Translations under genes and position numbers: made by a program
Notes under the pieces: generated by a model
The model's database searches: none
Seen by the model: only the letters and a program-made list of their open reading frames with translations
What the model was told of the DNA's origin: nothing
Shown here: positions 37,458 through 48,571 of the stretch, piece by piece
Position numbering within the stretch: the stretch's first letter is position 1
Layout of the letters: each line of letters begins with the position of its first letter
NCBI GenBank assembly: GCA_030390025.1
Contig: CM059433.1
Location: 19,656,001 to 19,720,000 of the forward strand
Reading direction: 5' to 3'
DNA: 64,000 nt
Source: Squalus acanthias
Lineage: Eukaryota

Positions 37458-39057
37458 ATGGCAGGTCCATGCCCCAGGGAGAGAGCCCGCAGATTCTCCG
37501 ATGAAGCATTGGAGGCATTGGTTTTTGCTGTGGAGAGACGGAGGGCGGTGCTCTACCCAGCAAGTGGCAGGAGGCCCTCGCCACAGGTCTTCCGCGCCAT
37601 GTGAAGGAAGGTAGTGCAGCATGTCTCGAGCAGCACTGTGGTCCCCAGGACCCCCACACAATGCAGGAAGAAATTTAATGACCTCACTCGGGTAGTTAGG
37701 TTGAGTGAATGCTTCAACAAATGCCACATACCAACATCTGTACCACAATCTTCACACACTGCCCAAAGCACCACACCCCCAGCACTCACCCACCAACAAT
37801 CTCGACCGACCAACACTCACATCCACATCCCACACCTTACACACAATGACAGCTATTCAACTATGGCAGGCACATCACCCAAACACATTGCATGCATTTC
37901 TCCCTTCCTGCCCCCCTCCCCTCACATTAACCTGACTCTTGTGCCTTTATGCTTTCAGGTAATCAGCAAGCACCGGAGCAGCCTGTCCCTGAGGGCACCG
38001 TAGAGAGCAAGGCGGGAGAAGAGGAGGAGGAAGAACACACCCCGTCACTGCATCTCTCACCTGCAGGCACCAGCTCAGATACTGGCACTATGCATTCTTT
38101 AGAGGCTAGCATAGTAGCGGGATCTGCACAGGGTGAGGCACCGGGGACCGGGGACAAGTGGGCTGCAGCATGGCCAGGGAGAAAGGCTAGCTCGGGGGCC
38201 AACTCCCCGGAGAGCGAGTTCGTGCACGAGTTCTGCTGTACAGGATTCAGATGAGGACGTCGATGGGGAGGCCTTTAGAAGAAGGGTGATGGGCATGCAC
38301 ACGGAGATCATAGGTGCAATAGCAAGGGTGCCTGAGAGCCTCTCGGCAATGTTAAGGAATGTAGAGGAGTCCGCCTCCAACATTGCACAAGGCTCTGCGC
38401 ACATCATGGAGCCCATCGTTTCCAGTCTGCAAAGGATGGTAGACTCCCAGAGAGACTGTGGTGACCCAGACCTAATGTGTGATGGCCGATCTGGCAGCTT
38501 CCATTGCAGCACAGGCGGAAGCGACGCAACGTCTTAGTGCTGTAATGCAGTCTATGCTTGGTGGCATCCAATCTCAGACTGCCATCATGCAGTCTCAGCT
38601 TGATGCCACGCAAGCTCTGACTGCTGCCATCATGGCTTGGTCTACACCATCGACCGGGGCTTTCACAGTGTCGCAGCAGGCCAGCAATTTGTGCTCCAAC
38701 AGTGGCTACTTTTTAGTTGCCAGAAGACTCCTGATACAACCTGCTGTCCTCTCTCAGGATGACAGCATTCCTGCTTCCACCACTGCCACTCCGCCATTGC
38801 CCTTGTCGCTGCCTGTCATCCAGCCAGCCCAGACTGCTGCCGTCCATGCTGAGGTGCTGCAGTCTACAGCCGGGCCGTCCAGGTCCAGAACTGATCGAGG
38901 ACGTCCTGCAAGGCCATCTGAAGTCTCCTGCATGGACACTCAGCAGCCTTCCACCAGCCCTGCTGCAGCCACTGGGCCAACACTTCGTAGGAGAACTGGA
39001 ACAGGAAAAGGCAGAGTAAGGACAGGCACTAAGGGATTGCACAAGGGTGAAAAGTAA
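37458..39057 (+). pseudogene. Harbinger Myb/SANT protein (multi-exon, in-frame stop at 37602-37604, exon 2 deleted)
   Basis: RERARRFSDEALEALVFAVERRRAVLYP...M*RKV...RTPTQCRKKFNDLTR; acidic and coiled-coil C-terminal exon ending at TAA 39055-39057. Confidence 0.8.
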
Positions 39058-39307
39058 ATATTTTTGGTGTAAATATGTGTCCACTACTTTTTGATAAATT
39101 TATTACTTCACTTACCATTCTTTTGTGGTGTGTCTCATTTCAGCTTTGCACTGTGATATGGCCTGTGACAGGAATGGAATGATGGGGATGTGGTGAGTAA
39201 AGGGGATGTGGGGTTTAAGTCATCCTGGTGTGAGGCTGGAGGTCTGTTTGGAGGAGGAGGCAGAGTTCTGTGATCACCTCCTTGGTGAAGCGGAGCTGTC
39301 TAATACA

Positions 39308-39490
39308 ATCTCTCCTTTTGTTCTTTCATCCCCTCCCCCTTTTCCCAGCTTTATACCTGCTTTAAATCTATTTCATTTCCTGCTTTTTTCCAGTTCTGAC
39401 GAAAGGTCTTCGACCTGAAACGTTAACTCTGTTTCTCTCTCCACGGATGCTGCCCGGCCTGCTGAGTTTTTCCAGCGTTTTCTGTTGTTT
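39308..39490 (+). mobile_element. 183-bp Penelope pLTR-only insertion carrying a hammerhead
   Basis: 11-bp TSD TGTCTAATACA (39297-39307, 39491-39501); highly similar to 407-590; absent from H2 copy 2 (~45975). Confidence 0.9.
39392..39428 (+). ncRNA. Minimal type-I hammerhead ribozyme motif
   Basis: AGTT-CTGACGA-A-AGGTC-TTC-GACCT-GAAA-CGTT-AACT; all stems perfect. Confidence 0.85.
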
Positions 39491-40859
39491 TGTCTAATAC
39501 ACTGCTCCTCGCTTAATTGAAGGTAGGAGAAGTGCTCTCGGAATACCCTCAGAGGGTATGGCCTCCTGGTGAGAGCTCTGATGTCCCTCTTCATCTCTCT
39601 GCACACGTGTTCCTGTATTTCTCGCTACCTATGCTCCCTCCGCCATAGATCCTGGAGGGCGAGATGGCATGCCATTACAGCCCCCATTAATGTTACCAAG
39701 TATAGCAGTTTGAATCTTTGAAGTTGCCTGAAGACTCTTGATACAAAAATAAGCTTGAAATTACTGAATGAAACTGTTGCAGTGGGTAAAACTAACAAAA
39801 AGAACACTGAAACTGCACTAACCTGCAGCTGTGAGTGATCTCTTTAAATAACATCCCTGGAGCCGGCTTCCTGGTGCTGCACACCAACTCTCCCTGTCGG
39901 TGTTTACTCCAGGCGGTGAGGTAAGTGGCGAGAATCTATTTAGCAAATCGGGCCATCAATGAGCATTGCACACTCACTGACGTCACGATCTACCCGGAGT
40001 TGATATCGCCGGCGATACCTCTTACTGGCGGCGCTATGGGGGGTGGCGGGGCGGAGGGGGGGGGTGGGGTCCGGATTTGGCGTGCGCCGCTGGAATCGCC
40101 TCACCCCTGCAATACTGGGCTAGCGCCTCATTAGCACCATCTACTGGTACTAATTGGAGGCGCTAAGGGGTATGAATTTTCCCCCCCAGATTTTCACAGT
40201 GACAGGAAATATCTGATTCTGATGGGTAATATTCCTGCGGTTTTTTTCAATCAAAAATGGACGCACGTTATATTTTTTCTTCTTTCTCTTCCCCTAGATA
40301 GCCTGAGCTTTACTCTGGATTTTGACTTTTTGATTTGAAATTCAGTGAAAGAAAATGCGAATGTTTGAGTTCTTTTGATGGATTTTGTTGTATCCGCTTT
40401 TGACAGAATAAACCTTTCCCACTGGTTCTGCTGGAGCTGCAGTTGTGAGGGACCCCACTGAATTCCTTTACATCACCACCGACATTGTGGACTTTGGCAT
40501 GTTGATGAGATCCAAAACCATGCCATGAATAGTCTGCTCTGCATTATGACAACTGCTGAGTATTCTCCTGGAATACTGTTGATGAGATTTAATTTACTGC
40601 TGGTTATGAGGTTATCGTGCATTTAATGTATAATTATCTAAATCTCCCCTTGAGGGGGGCCTTCCTCCCTCCCCATTGTGGGTTGAAAGCTTCCAAAACA
40701 CTTTTATTGCAGTTAAAACAAGAGAGAAAAATACAACAATGTTGTGAATCAGAATTAAAACCGGAATCACACAGTCGTTCAATGATCATCTGGAGGAAAA
40801 GGCTTGTGATGAGAGGCTGGGCCAGACAGGTTAACCTATCCTAACTTCTTGTATAAACT

Positions 40860-41320
40860 TGGCTTGTATTCATTCCTTTGAGTATAGAAATTGTGAGGGG
40901 TGACCTGATCGAGGTGTTTAAAACGTTAAAAGGATTTGATAGGGTAGATGCAGAGAAACTATTTCCACTGGTGGGAATCAAGAACAAGAAGACATAATCT
41001 TACAATTAGAGCTAGACCATTTAGGAGGGAAATCAGGAAGCACTTTTTCACACAATGGGTAGCAGAAATCTGGTGTACCCTCTCTCAAAAGGGTATAGAT
41101 GCTGGATCAATGCAGCTTTCAAGTCTGAGGTAGGTAGCTTTTTGTTAAGTAAGGGTATCAAGGAATTATGGAGCAAAGAGGTGTGTGTGTGTGTGGGGTG
41201 GGGGGGGAGTGGGGAGGGGGGCAGTGGTAAATGGAGTTGAGGTACAGATCAGCCATGATCTAATTGAAGGGCAGAGCAGTCTCGAGAGGCTGAATGGTCT
41301 ACTCCGGTTTCTATACTCCT
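40860..41320 (+). mobile_element. CR1 3' fragment
   Basis: RGDLIEVFK, RTRRHNLTIRARPFRREIRKHFFTQWV and CR1 tail. Confidence 0.8.
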
Positions 41321-41415
41321 AACTCTTTCAAATGCTGATCTATATTGCCAACATTTTTTGCCCTTTTTATTCAAAGCTACTTTTATGTGGCGAGTGGCAG
41401 TGAAATATAATTCAT

Positions 41416-43584
41416 GGGCTAAAAATTCGACATCACTAAAAACTTCCCGGTGTTGACGACCACTGAAAATGATGGCGCTGGCAGGACCGGTAAATTGGTG
41501 CTGGTGGTTAATTAACATTAACCCATTGCTAAACTTACCATGCAAGGCCATGCTGGTGTTGTTAGTCCCGGCAGGAGGCCCCAATGTAGCGTGGCCATAG
41601 CGTCATTGCAACAAGAACAGCCTTCTCTTAAAGCAAGGCTGTCATTTCAGAAAGCAGTTTGGCCCTTTAAAGGGGAACTGCCTTCTGAAATGAAATAAAT
41701 AGAAATCATGTAAAAAATTAGGCAGTTTTTAGCCCTTACAGCTCAACTGCCTTCTGAAAAAAAAGAATAATAAAAAGAATTCTCAAATGGGAGTCTTCAG
41801 CTCTTAAAGCTGAATTGCCTTCCACACCTAAAGGAATGCTAAAAAGTGCTTCAGCACTAACACAAATGGCTCAACAAGCCAGGGAAAGGGCACCCAGGGT
41901 CTCACATGCAGCACTCTAGCTTTGTGCAGGGGGTCAACACTGCAAAAGAGGTCCTCTACCCACAGGGGCCAGGAGGCCCTCCAGAAAGAAGGATGTGGGA
42001 CCAGATCACCGAGGCCATCACTGCCAGCAGTGTCACCCCCACCACCTGGCTCCAGTGCCCAAAGAAGCTTCATGACCTCAGACCAGTGATCAAGGTCAGT
42101 GAATGATTCTTCAAAAGCCATCTCCTACCAACTGCACCACTAGCCTCACACACTTCTCAATGCACGACTCCCCCCCACCCCAATCACTCAGCTGCCAACA
42201 ATTTGTACCAAACACGAGGCACGTGTCCCATTCCTAGCTTCACCTCACCCCCTTGGAGGAGACATGGCAGGGGCATGGCTGAGCCCTTGGGCAACGGCAG
42301 GGCTAGAAGGATACCAGATGCTGGTATCCTCATACATTATCCTCCTTCTCGCATGCACCTCTTGCTTTCCCGCCTTCACCACACCACAACTCCATCCTTG
42401 TGCCTTCCTCAGTTCACACACCCAAGAAATGCAGCCTGCCCAGCCAGTGGTTGACCAAGAAGAGTGAGAGGAGAGTGAAGAAGAAGAAAAAGAAGAAGAA
42501 GCACAAACACCGTCACTCGATTTGACACTCCCAGCCATCAGCTCTTCAAAGTCGACCAGCAAGGCCATCTGCAGTGTCCTCACTGAAAGTCAGCAGCCTT
42601 CCACCAGCCATGCTGTAGCCACTGGGGTAGCACTGCATGACATCAGTAGGATAGGCAAAGGCACACGCAAGACAGTCACGAAGAGAATGCATAAGGGTGA
42701 TAAGTTGATTTCTTGATGTCATATTGGATGGATAGATGTATAAAGTTGGATTGGAAAGTTTGCTTTGTGGTAGCTTTTATTTCAGCATTGTGGCCAAGAG
42801 GACACAGTGATGGTCAGTAACAGAGGGAAGGTAAGGTGTTGGACTAATGTTCAAAGGGGAATTAGGGTTGTGTTCACTAGTACCGCAGGTGCATGATTCC
42901 ATCCCAGATATCCTGGCCAGAAAGGGGCTGTCTGGGATGCATCCTTCCTTCTGCTTCCTCCTCTTCTGCTTCCTCCTCTTCTGCTTCCTCCTCTTCTGCA
43001 TCTTCTCTTCTGCATCTTCCTCTTCTGCGTCTTCCTCTTCTGCATCTTCCTCTTCCCTCTGCGAATGGATACTGTAGATCTGAAATAAAAGCATAAAATG
43101 CTAAAAATACTCACCAGGTCAGGCAGCATCTCAGAGGCCATCATTTACCATTTGAGGCCTTGCAAGCATCCAGCAGCAACCCCTGTACACTTAAAAAAAA
43201 CTTTTAACATGTATTGCACTAAGCCACTACTTCAACAAAATTTTTAAAAATCCAGTCCAAAAGCTTAAATTCAAACTTACCTGAAAGATATGTGTGTCCC
43301 ATTAAGAAGTGCTGACAGTGTCGAATTCAATCAGCTGCACACACACTTTTCAGAGCAAGCTTAGGACCTAGCGTTAGCGCTAAGGTTGAAGTTCGCAGAA
43401 CGTGACATCATGCTCTCGATATTTACATCTCCAGGGCCAGCGCTGCTATCGGCAGCACTAAGGCCCTCACCAAAATGGTGCCCATCGATTCCTGCACCAG
43501 GGAAGGGCATTAGAGTGACGGCTGCCATTTTCTGCCAGGATAGCGGCGCTAACATGCAGCAATAAGGTAGGGAATTTCTGGGCC
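41416..43584. mobile_element. Decayed Harbinger with Myb/SANT exon remnant (41866-42094, +), 15-bp CTTCCTCCTCTTCTG repeat (~42945-43060) and small PLE stub (~43070-43135, -)
   Basis: TIR GGGCTAAAAATTC / GAATTTCTGGGCC; TSD CAT; WDQITEAIT...TWLQCPKKLHDLRPVIK|gtcagt. Confidence 0.8.
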
Positions 43585-44197
43585 CATGCTTCTTGGGGGT
43601 GGGGGGGGGGTGGCACAAAGTGGCAATAAGGTAAGATGAGTGAAGAAATGACAAGTAAGAGAGGCGCATTGGAATCTCTGTCTCTGCGCTGTTCTCACTT
43701 AAAATATTTCACTGCTCATTGACTTTTTTTTAAAGCCCTAACTTGTTACTATCTTATAATTGAACGTGCAGTCTTAGTCTACAACTTTCTCTGCTACATC
43801 TTAGTGTAATAAATACAGTGATTTATTGGCACAAAACACTGGGGGCTAGAAATTCATTGTAGCCCTGGAATGGGCGGTAAAATTAGAGAAGTTGAAGAAT
43901 TAGCGGCAGGCGCTAATGCTTTAGACTGCACGCAAAATTCATGCTCACTGCTCAAAGAAATGATTGGAGCACTAAATCAAGTCTTTAAGCCCAAGCTCAT
44001 TGGCGTTACACTCAAAGGGTGGACCAATATCAGGTGCAGTCTAATCGCAAGTCATGATTGCCACAGGCTTTTTTCAGTTCAGGGAAGGTTCATTGATGCT
44101 GCAGAACCTCGTTCTCAGCATTGCTGGCCGTGCAGCTGCCTCAGCAAGCAACAGCAGGTCAAGGAGAAGGAGCCAGCGGACTGAAGCAGTTGTACTC

Positions 44198-45770
44198 ATG
44201 GCAGATCCACGCCCCAGGGAGCGAGCCCACAGATTCAGCGAACAAGCATTGGAGGTGTTGGTGTTCGTTGTGGAGAAACGGAGGGCGGTGCTCTACCCGG
44301 CAATGGCAGGAGGCTCTTGCTGCAAGTCTTCCGCACCATGTGAAGGGAGGTAGCACAGCACATCTCGGGCAGCACTCTGGTCCCCAGGACCTACAGACAG
44401 TGCAGGAAGAAATTTAACGACCTCACTCGGATGGTCAGGATGAGTGAAAGCTTCAACAAATGCTACATACCAGCATTTGTACCACAATCTTCACACACTG
44501 CCCAAAGCACCACATCTCCAGCACTCACCCACCAACAATCTCTACATACCAACACTTACACCCACATCTCACACCTTGCACACAATGAGAGCTATTTAAC
44601 TGTGGCAGGAACATTACCCAAACACATTGCTCCACACTCACTCACACACTTGCCTTTCTCTTGCAGGCCTAGGTGGCTCACAACAGGAGGGAGCAGGAGT
44701 GCACAGGTGAGGGTTAAGCTGACACCCAACCACTGTCTGCGCTGGAGTATAGAGTGCTGGAGATCATTGGGCGCCAGGTGGTGGGCACCGTGGCCACCGG
44801 TGACGTTGACCCCCTTGGGGACAACAACAGTATGTTCATCCCTACTCCTTCTTCTCACATCCCACTTTCCCCTCACCCCACAAGCGTTTCGCACTTTCCA
44901 GCTAATCATGCTGTATGCATGCATTTCTCCCTTCATGCCCCCCTCCCTTCACCTTAACCTGTCTCTTGTGCCTTTATGCTTTCAGATAAGGAGCAAGCAC
45001 CTGAGCAGCCTGTCCCTGAGGGCACCGTAGAGGGTGAGGCGGAAGAAGAGGAGGAGGAAGAACACACCACGTCACTGCATGTCTTACCCGCAGGTACCAG
45101 CTCAGATACTGGCACTGCGCATTCTTCAGAGGCTAGTATAGTAGCAGGATCTGCACAGGGTGAGGCACCGAGGACGAGTGGGCTGCAGCAAAGCCGGGGC
45201 AAAGGGTAGCTTGGGGGCCATCTCCCCGGAGGGCGAGTTTTTGCGCGGGTTCTGCTGCACAGGCCTCAGATGAGGACCTCGATGGGGAGGCCTTTAGAAG
45301 AAGGGTGTTGGGCATGCACACAGAGATGATAGGTGCAATGGCAAGGGTGCCCGAGGACCTCTCGGCAATGGTAAGGAGCGTGGAGGAGTCCGCCTCCAAC
45401 ATTGCACAAGGCTCTGTGCACACCATGGAGCCCATCATTTCCAGTCTGCAAAGGATGGTAGACTCCCAGAGAGACCGTGGCGACCCAAACCTGATGCCGG
45501 GTGTAATGGGCGATCTGGCAGCTTCCATTGCAGCACAGGTGGAAGTGACGCAACATCTTAGTGCTGTAATGCAGTCTATGCTTGGTGGCATCAATCTCAG
45601 ACTGCTCTCATGCAGTCTCAGCTTGATGCCACGCAAGGTCTGACTGCTGTCATCGTGGCTGGGTCTACCACCATTGACCAGGGCTTTCACGGTGTTGCAG
45701 CAGGCCAGCAATCTGTGCTCCAACAGACCGCTAGGGATACTGAGGTGCTGCCCCGGGGGAGTGGCAGTGG
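44198..45770 (+). pseudogene. Harbinger Myb/SANT protein (multi-exon, frameshift and stops)
   Basis: MADPRPRERAHRFSEQALEVLVFVVEKRRAVLYP; TGA at 44341-44343; QCRKKFNDLTR; exon 2 A*VAHNRREQE at ~44667. Confidence 0.8.
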
Positions 45771-45771
45771 A

Positions 45772-46170
45772 TCAGTGGATGCAGTGATGGATGGCGAACT
45801 GCGAGATGTTAGCTATGTCTCCTGTTGCAGACTGGAAAGATCCGCTGGCAAAGAAATTGAGGTCGATGATGACCTTGACTGCCACTGAGAGCCGTGGTCG
45901 CCCTGATCTGAGGCTGGAGGTCTGGTTGTAGGAGGTGGCAGAGTTCTGTGACCACATCCTTGGTGAAGTGGAGCCTTCTAATACACTGCTCCTCACTTAA
46001 TTGGAGGTAGGAAAAGTGCTCTCGGAATACCCTCAGAGGGTAAGGCCTCCTGTTGAGAGTGCTGATGGCCCTCCTCCTCCCTCTGGCCACATGTTCCAGT
46101 CTTTCTCGCTGCCTCCGCTCCCTGTGCTGTAGATCCTGGAGTGTGAGGTCGACTGCTAGTACAGCCCCAT
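45772..46170 (-). pseudogene. HARBI1-type transposase, N-terminal fragment
   Basis: RVFREHFSYLQLSEEQCIRRLHFTKDVVTELCHLL and (shifted frame) SVAVKVIIDLNFFASGSFQSATGDIANISQ; catalytic core deleted. Shorter remnant at ~39230-39690. Confidence 0.85.
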
Positions 46171-46699
46171 TAATGTAAGGAAGTGTAGCAGTTTAATTTT
46201 TTAAAGAATAAATGTAACTACTTTTCAGTTGCCACAACACTCCTGATACTAAATAATGTTGAAATTACTGAATGAGACTGTTGCACTATGTGAAACTGAC
46301 AAAAAGCACTGAAACTCCACTAACCTACAGCTGCGATTCATTACTGATGATCCCTTCAAATAATATCCCTGGAGCCAGCTTCCTGGTGCTTCACGCCAGC
46401 TCTCCCTGTCACTGTTTACTCCAGGTGCTAAAGTAGGTGGCGACAATCAATTTTGCAGATCAGGTGGCCAGTGAGCGTTGCACACTCACTGACGTCACGA
46501 TCCACCTGGCATTGAGGCTCCCGCCGATAACTATTAGCGGTGGCGCCGTGGGCAGGGTGGGGGTGCAGGGGAGCAGGATTTGGCGTGCGCCGTTGGATTT
46601 GCCTCGCCCTGGCGATAATGCTTTAGGGCCCATTAGCGCCATCTGCTGGGGCTAACGGTTGGCACTAAGGTACCGAATGTTTCCCCCAAGGGTGTTGTT

Positions 46700-48226
46700 T
46701 TATCCATAAAGGTCCCGACATTGTTTCATGGTGTGAGGGTTTGACATGCAGCCCTTGGGTTCTTCCCGGTAACCTCAATAATCACGCCGAACCACGTTAA
46801 GAGCATATGGCGGTTCTGAAGGGAGTACTTCTTGGGAGGAGATGCTGGCTATCTATTCAGGGAGATGAGACTTGGAACGCTTTTCTGACGACCTTGAGTA
46901 AATCACCAGATTGACGACGGGTCGAACTCGGCGAGTTTCTTGAACTGTAGCCGAAATAGTTTCCCCCAAAGAGTGACAGCAAACGACGCACGGCTTGCAT
47001 CGACGTGCAACCTTTACGTTTGCATCGATGTAATCGTTATGCCAAACACGCGATGTGATTTCTCACTTTATTGGATCACGCTCTCCCCAAACTGCAGCCG
47101 CTCTGTCAATTGCACGGTGCCGCCTCTGGATGGCAGCAACGTTACACATTTGCTTTAAAAAAAACACAATTGTTTTTGCGCATTTTGTCAAACACGTAGC
47201 GAAAGTTTCCTGCTTTCCCCTTTTTTCTCTCTTTGAACTCACTCCCATGTATAATCATTATGGAGTTGCAACAATCATATCTGAGTCTTTCAGAACAATG
47301 GTGTCAGAAATATTCCAATGTTCCTGTGGATGTGGACTGTAAACGCAATTAAAATGTCAGCAGCTGTCCTTTCAGAACTGCACCTTGATGCACAAAGTGA
47401 TATTCCGGGGACCCAATTCTCAGCAATTCAGAATTTATTCATAAAACATCTCAATAAATCACAAATCTGATGTGCAAGACACCAATGTGCATTAAAAATT
47501 CGCCATGCCAAAGGTTCAGAAAGTTTGATTTCCCCCTCCCCGATCTCTGTGATGACTGTCTCGCAGTGGGATTGTTTTTGTTTTAAACTTTTAGAAATGT
47601 GGAGAATTGTATTTTTAAAAAAAAGAGGCGACACACGTGAAGGTTGGCGTGGGAAGCGGTCTGTCCTACCGCGGGAGGGGCTTCCCCCGAGAAAGCCTTG
47701 GCAGGAAGCGTGGCGTGTGACTGGGGAAGGAAAAAGTGGTGGTTTGTGTGAAACGGCGGCTGTGGGGCTGGGATGGTGTGAGTTTCGCTGTGGAAAGCCG
47801 TTTCCCCTGTGTAGTGAGAGATTGGTCGAGTCCAACTCGTTGGCGCTGGTGAGCCGGGCTCCGCTCCGCTCTGCTCTCTGCCTGTCTCTCTCTCTCTCTC
47901 TCTCCCACACACACACACACACACAGACACACACTTGTCTATCTACCGGTCGGGGGGGGGCTTTGCTCAGGATTGGGCTCTAGGATCTCTCCGAGACGTA
48001 TTTGAAACCTCTTCTTCTGCTCTGGTCTCTCTCTATCTCTCTCTCTCTATATAGATCCTCTCTCCCCCAACCCCCCGCCCCCCCCCCCCCCCCACCCATG
48101 ATATGCCAGCGAACCGCGAGAAGCCTTGGCATCCCCAGTATGGTCCGAGCGGTGCTGCCGTGTGAACCTGGATCCGTATGTGTTGAGATTACAGCCCTCA
48201 AACCTTCGGTGTGCGGGCTCTTGGAG
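46700..48226 (+). promoter_or_regulatory. CpG-enriched promoter / 5' UTR region of a host gene
   Basis: Non-repetitive and CpG-retaining; reverse CCAAT (ATTGG) at 47821 and 47972; (CT)n(CA)n at ~47885-47935; poly-C at ~48065-48097; lies directly upstream of the signal-peptide exon. TSS not determinable. Confidence 0.55.
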
Positions 48227-48293
48227 ATGACGGCAGGGACAACACTAAGATATCTGCTGCTCTGCTATGTCGGGCTGATGGTTGCAGCTGGCG
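48227..48293 (+). CDS. Probable first coding exon (signal peptide) of an unidentified secreted or type-I membrane protein
   Basis: GAGATGA start; MTAGTTLRYLLLCYVGLMVAAG (basic residue, hydrophobic core, small-residue end); 67 nt, phase 1, consensus donor G|GTAAGT at 48294. Confidence 0.7.
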
Positions 48294-48571
48294 GTAAGTT
48301 GCCGGTGATGTTCACACATGCTCGTCTCACATTTAACAGGGAAGGAGGTAGTTTGTGTTTGTGTGTGTGTATATATATATATATGTGTGTGTGTATCTGT
48401 CGGGTCCACTGTGAAAGCCAGCCGGTCAGTCTCAGCACCCCACCACTCTGTGTCTCACACCCTGATAACTGTACAATTCCTTCCACTGCACTTGACATTT
48501 CGTTGCTGCCTCTGAACTCCTCAAGTCAGTCCCACGCAGTTTATTTCTGAGCTCATCCCCAGCTGCAGGTT

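Larger units (their letters stand above)
36615..40186. mobile_element. Harbinger family H2, copy 1 (Myb pseudogene +, transposase 5' remnant -)
   Basis: GGGCTAGAAA ... AATTTTCCCCCC, probable TSD CAG; colinear with 43842-46686. Confidence 0.88.
43842..46686. mobile_element. Harbinger family H2, copy 2
   Basis: GGGGCTAGAAATTC ... GAATGTTTCCCC; colinear with 36615-40186. Confidence 0.88.

Noticed and set aside
37602..37604. Shared TGA as selenocysteine or readthrough
   Set aside because: It replaces a conserved Trp, both copies carry other disabling lesions, and no SECIS was seen.
38479..39057. 192-aa ORF as an independent gene
   Set aside because: It is the frameshifted low-complexity C-terminal exon of the Harbinger Myb gene, mirrored at 45500-45770.
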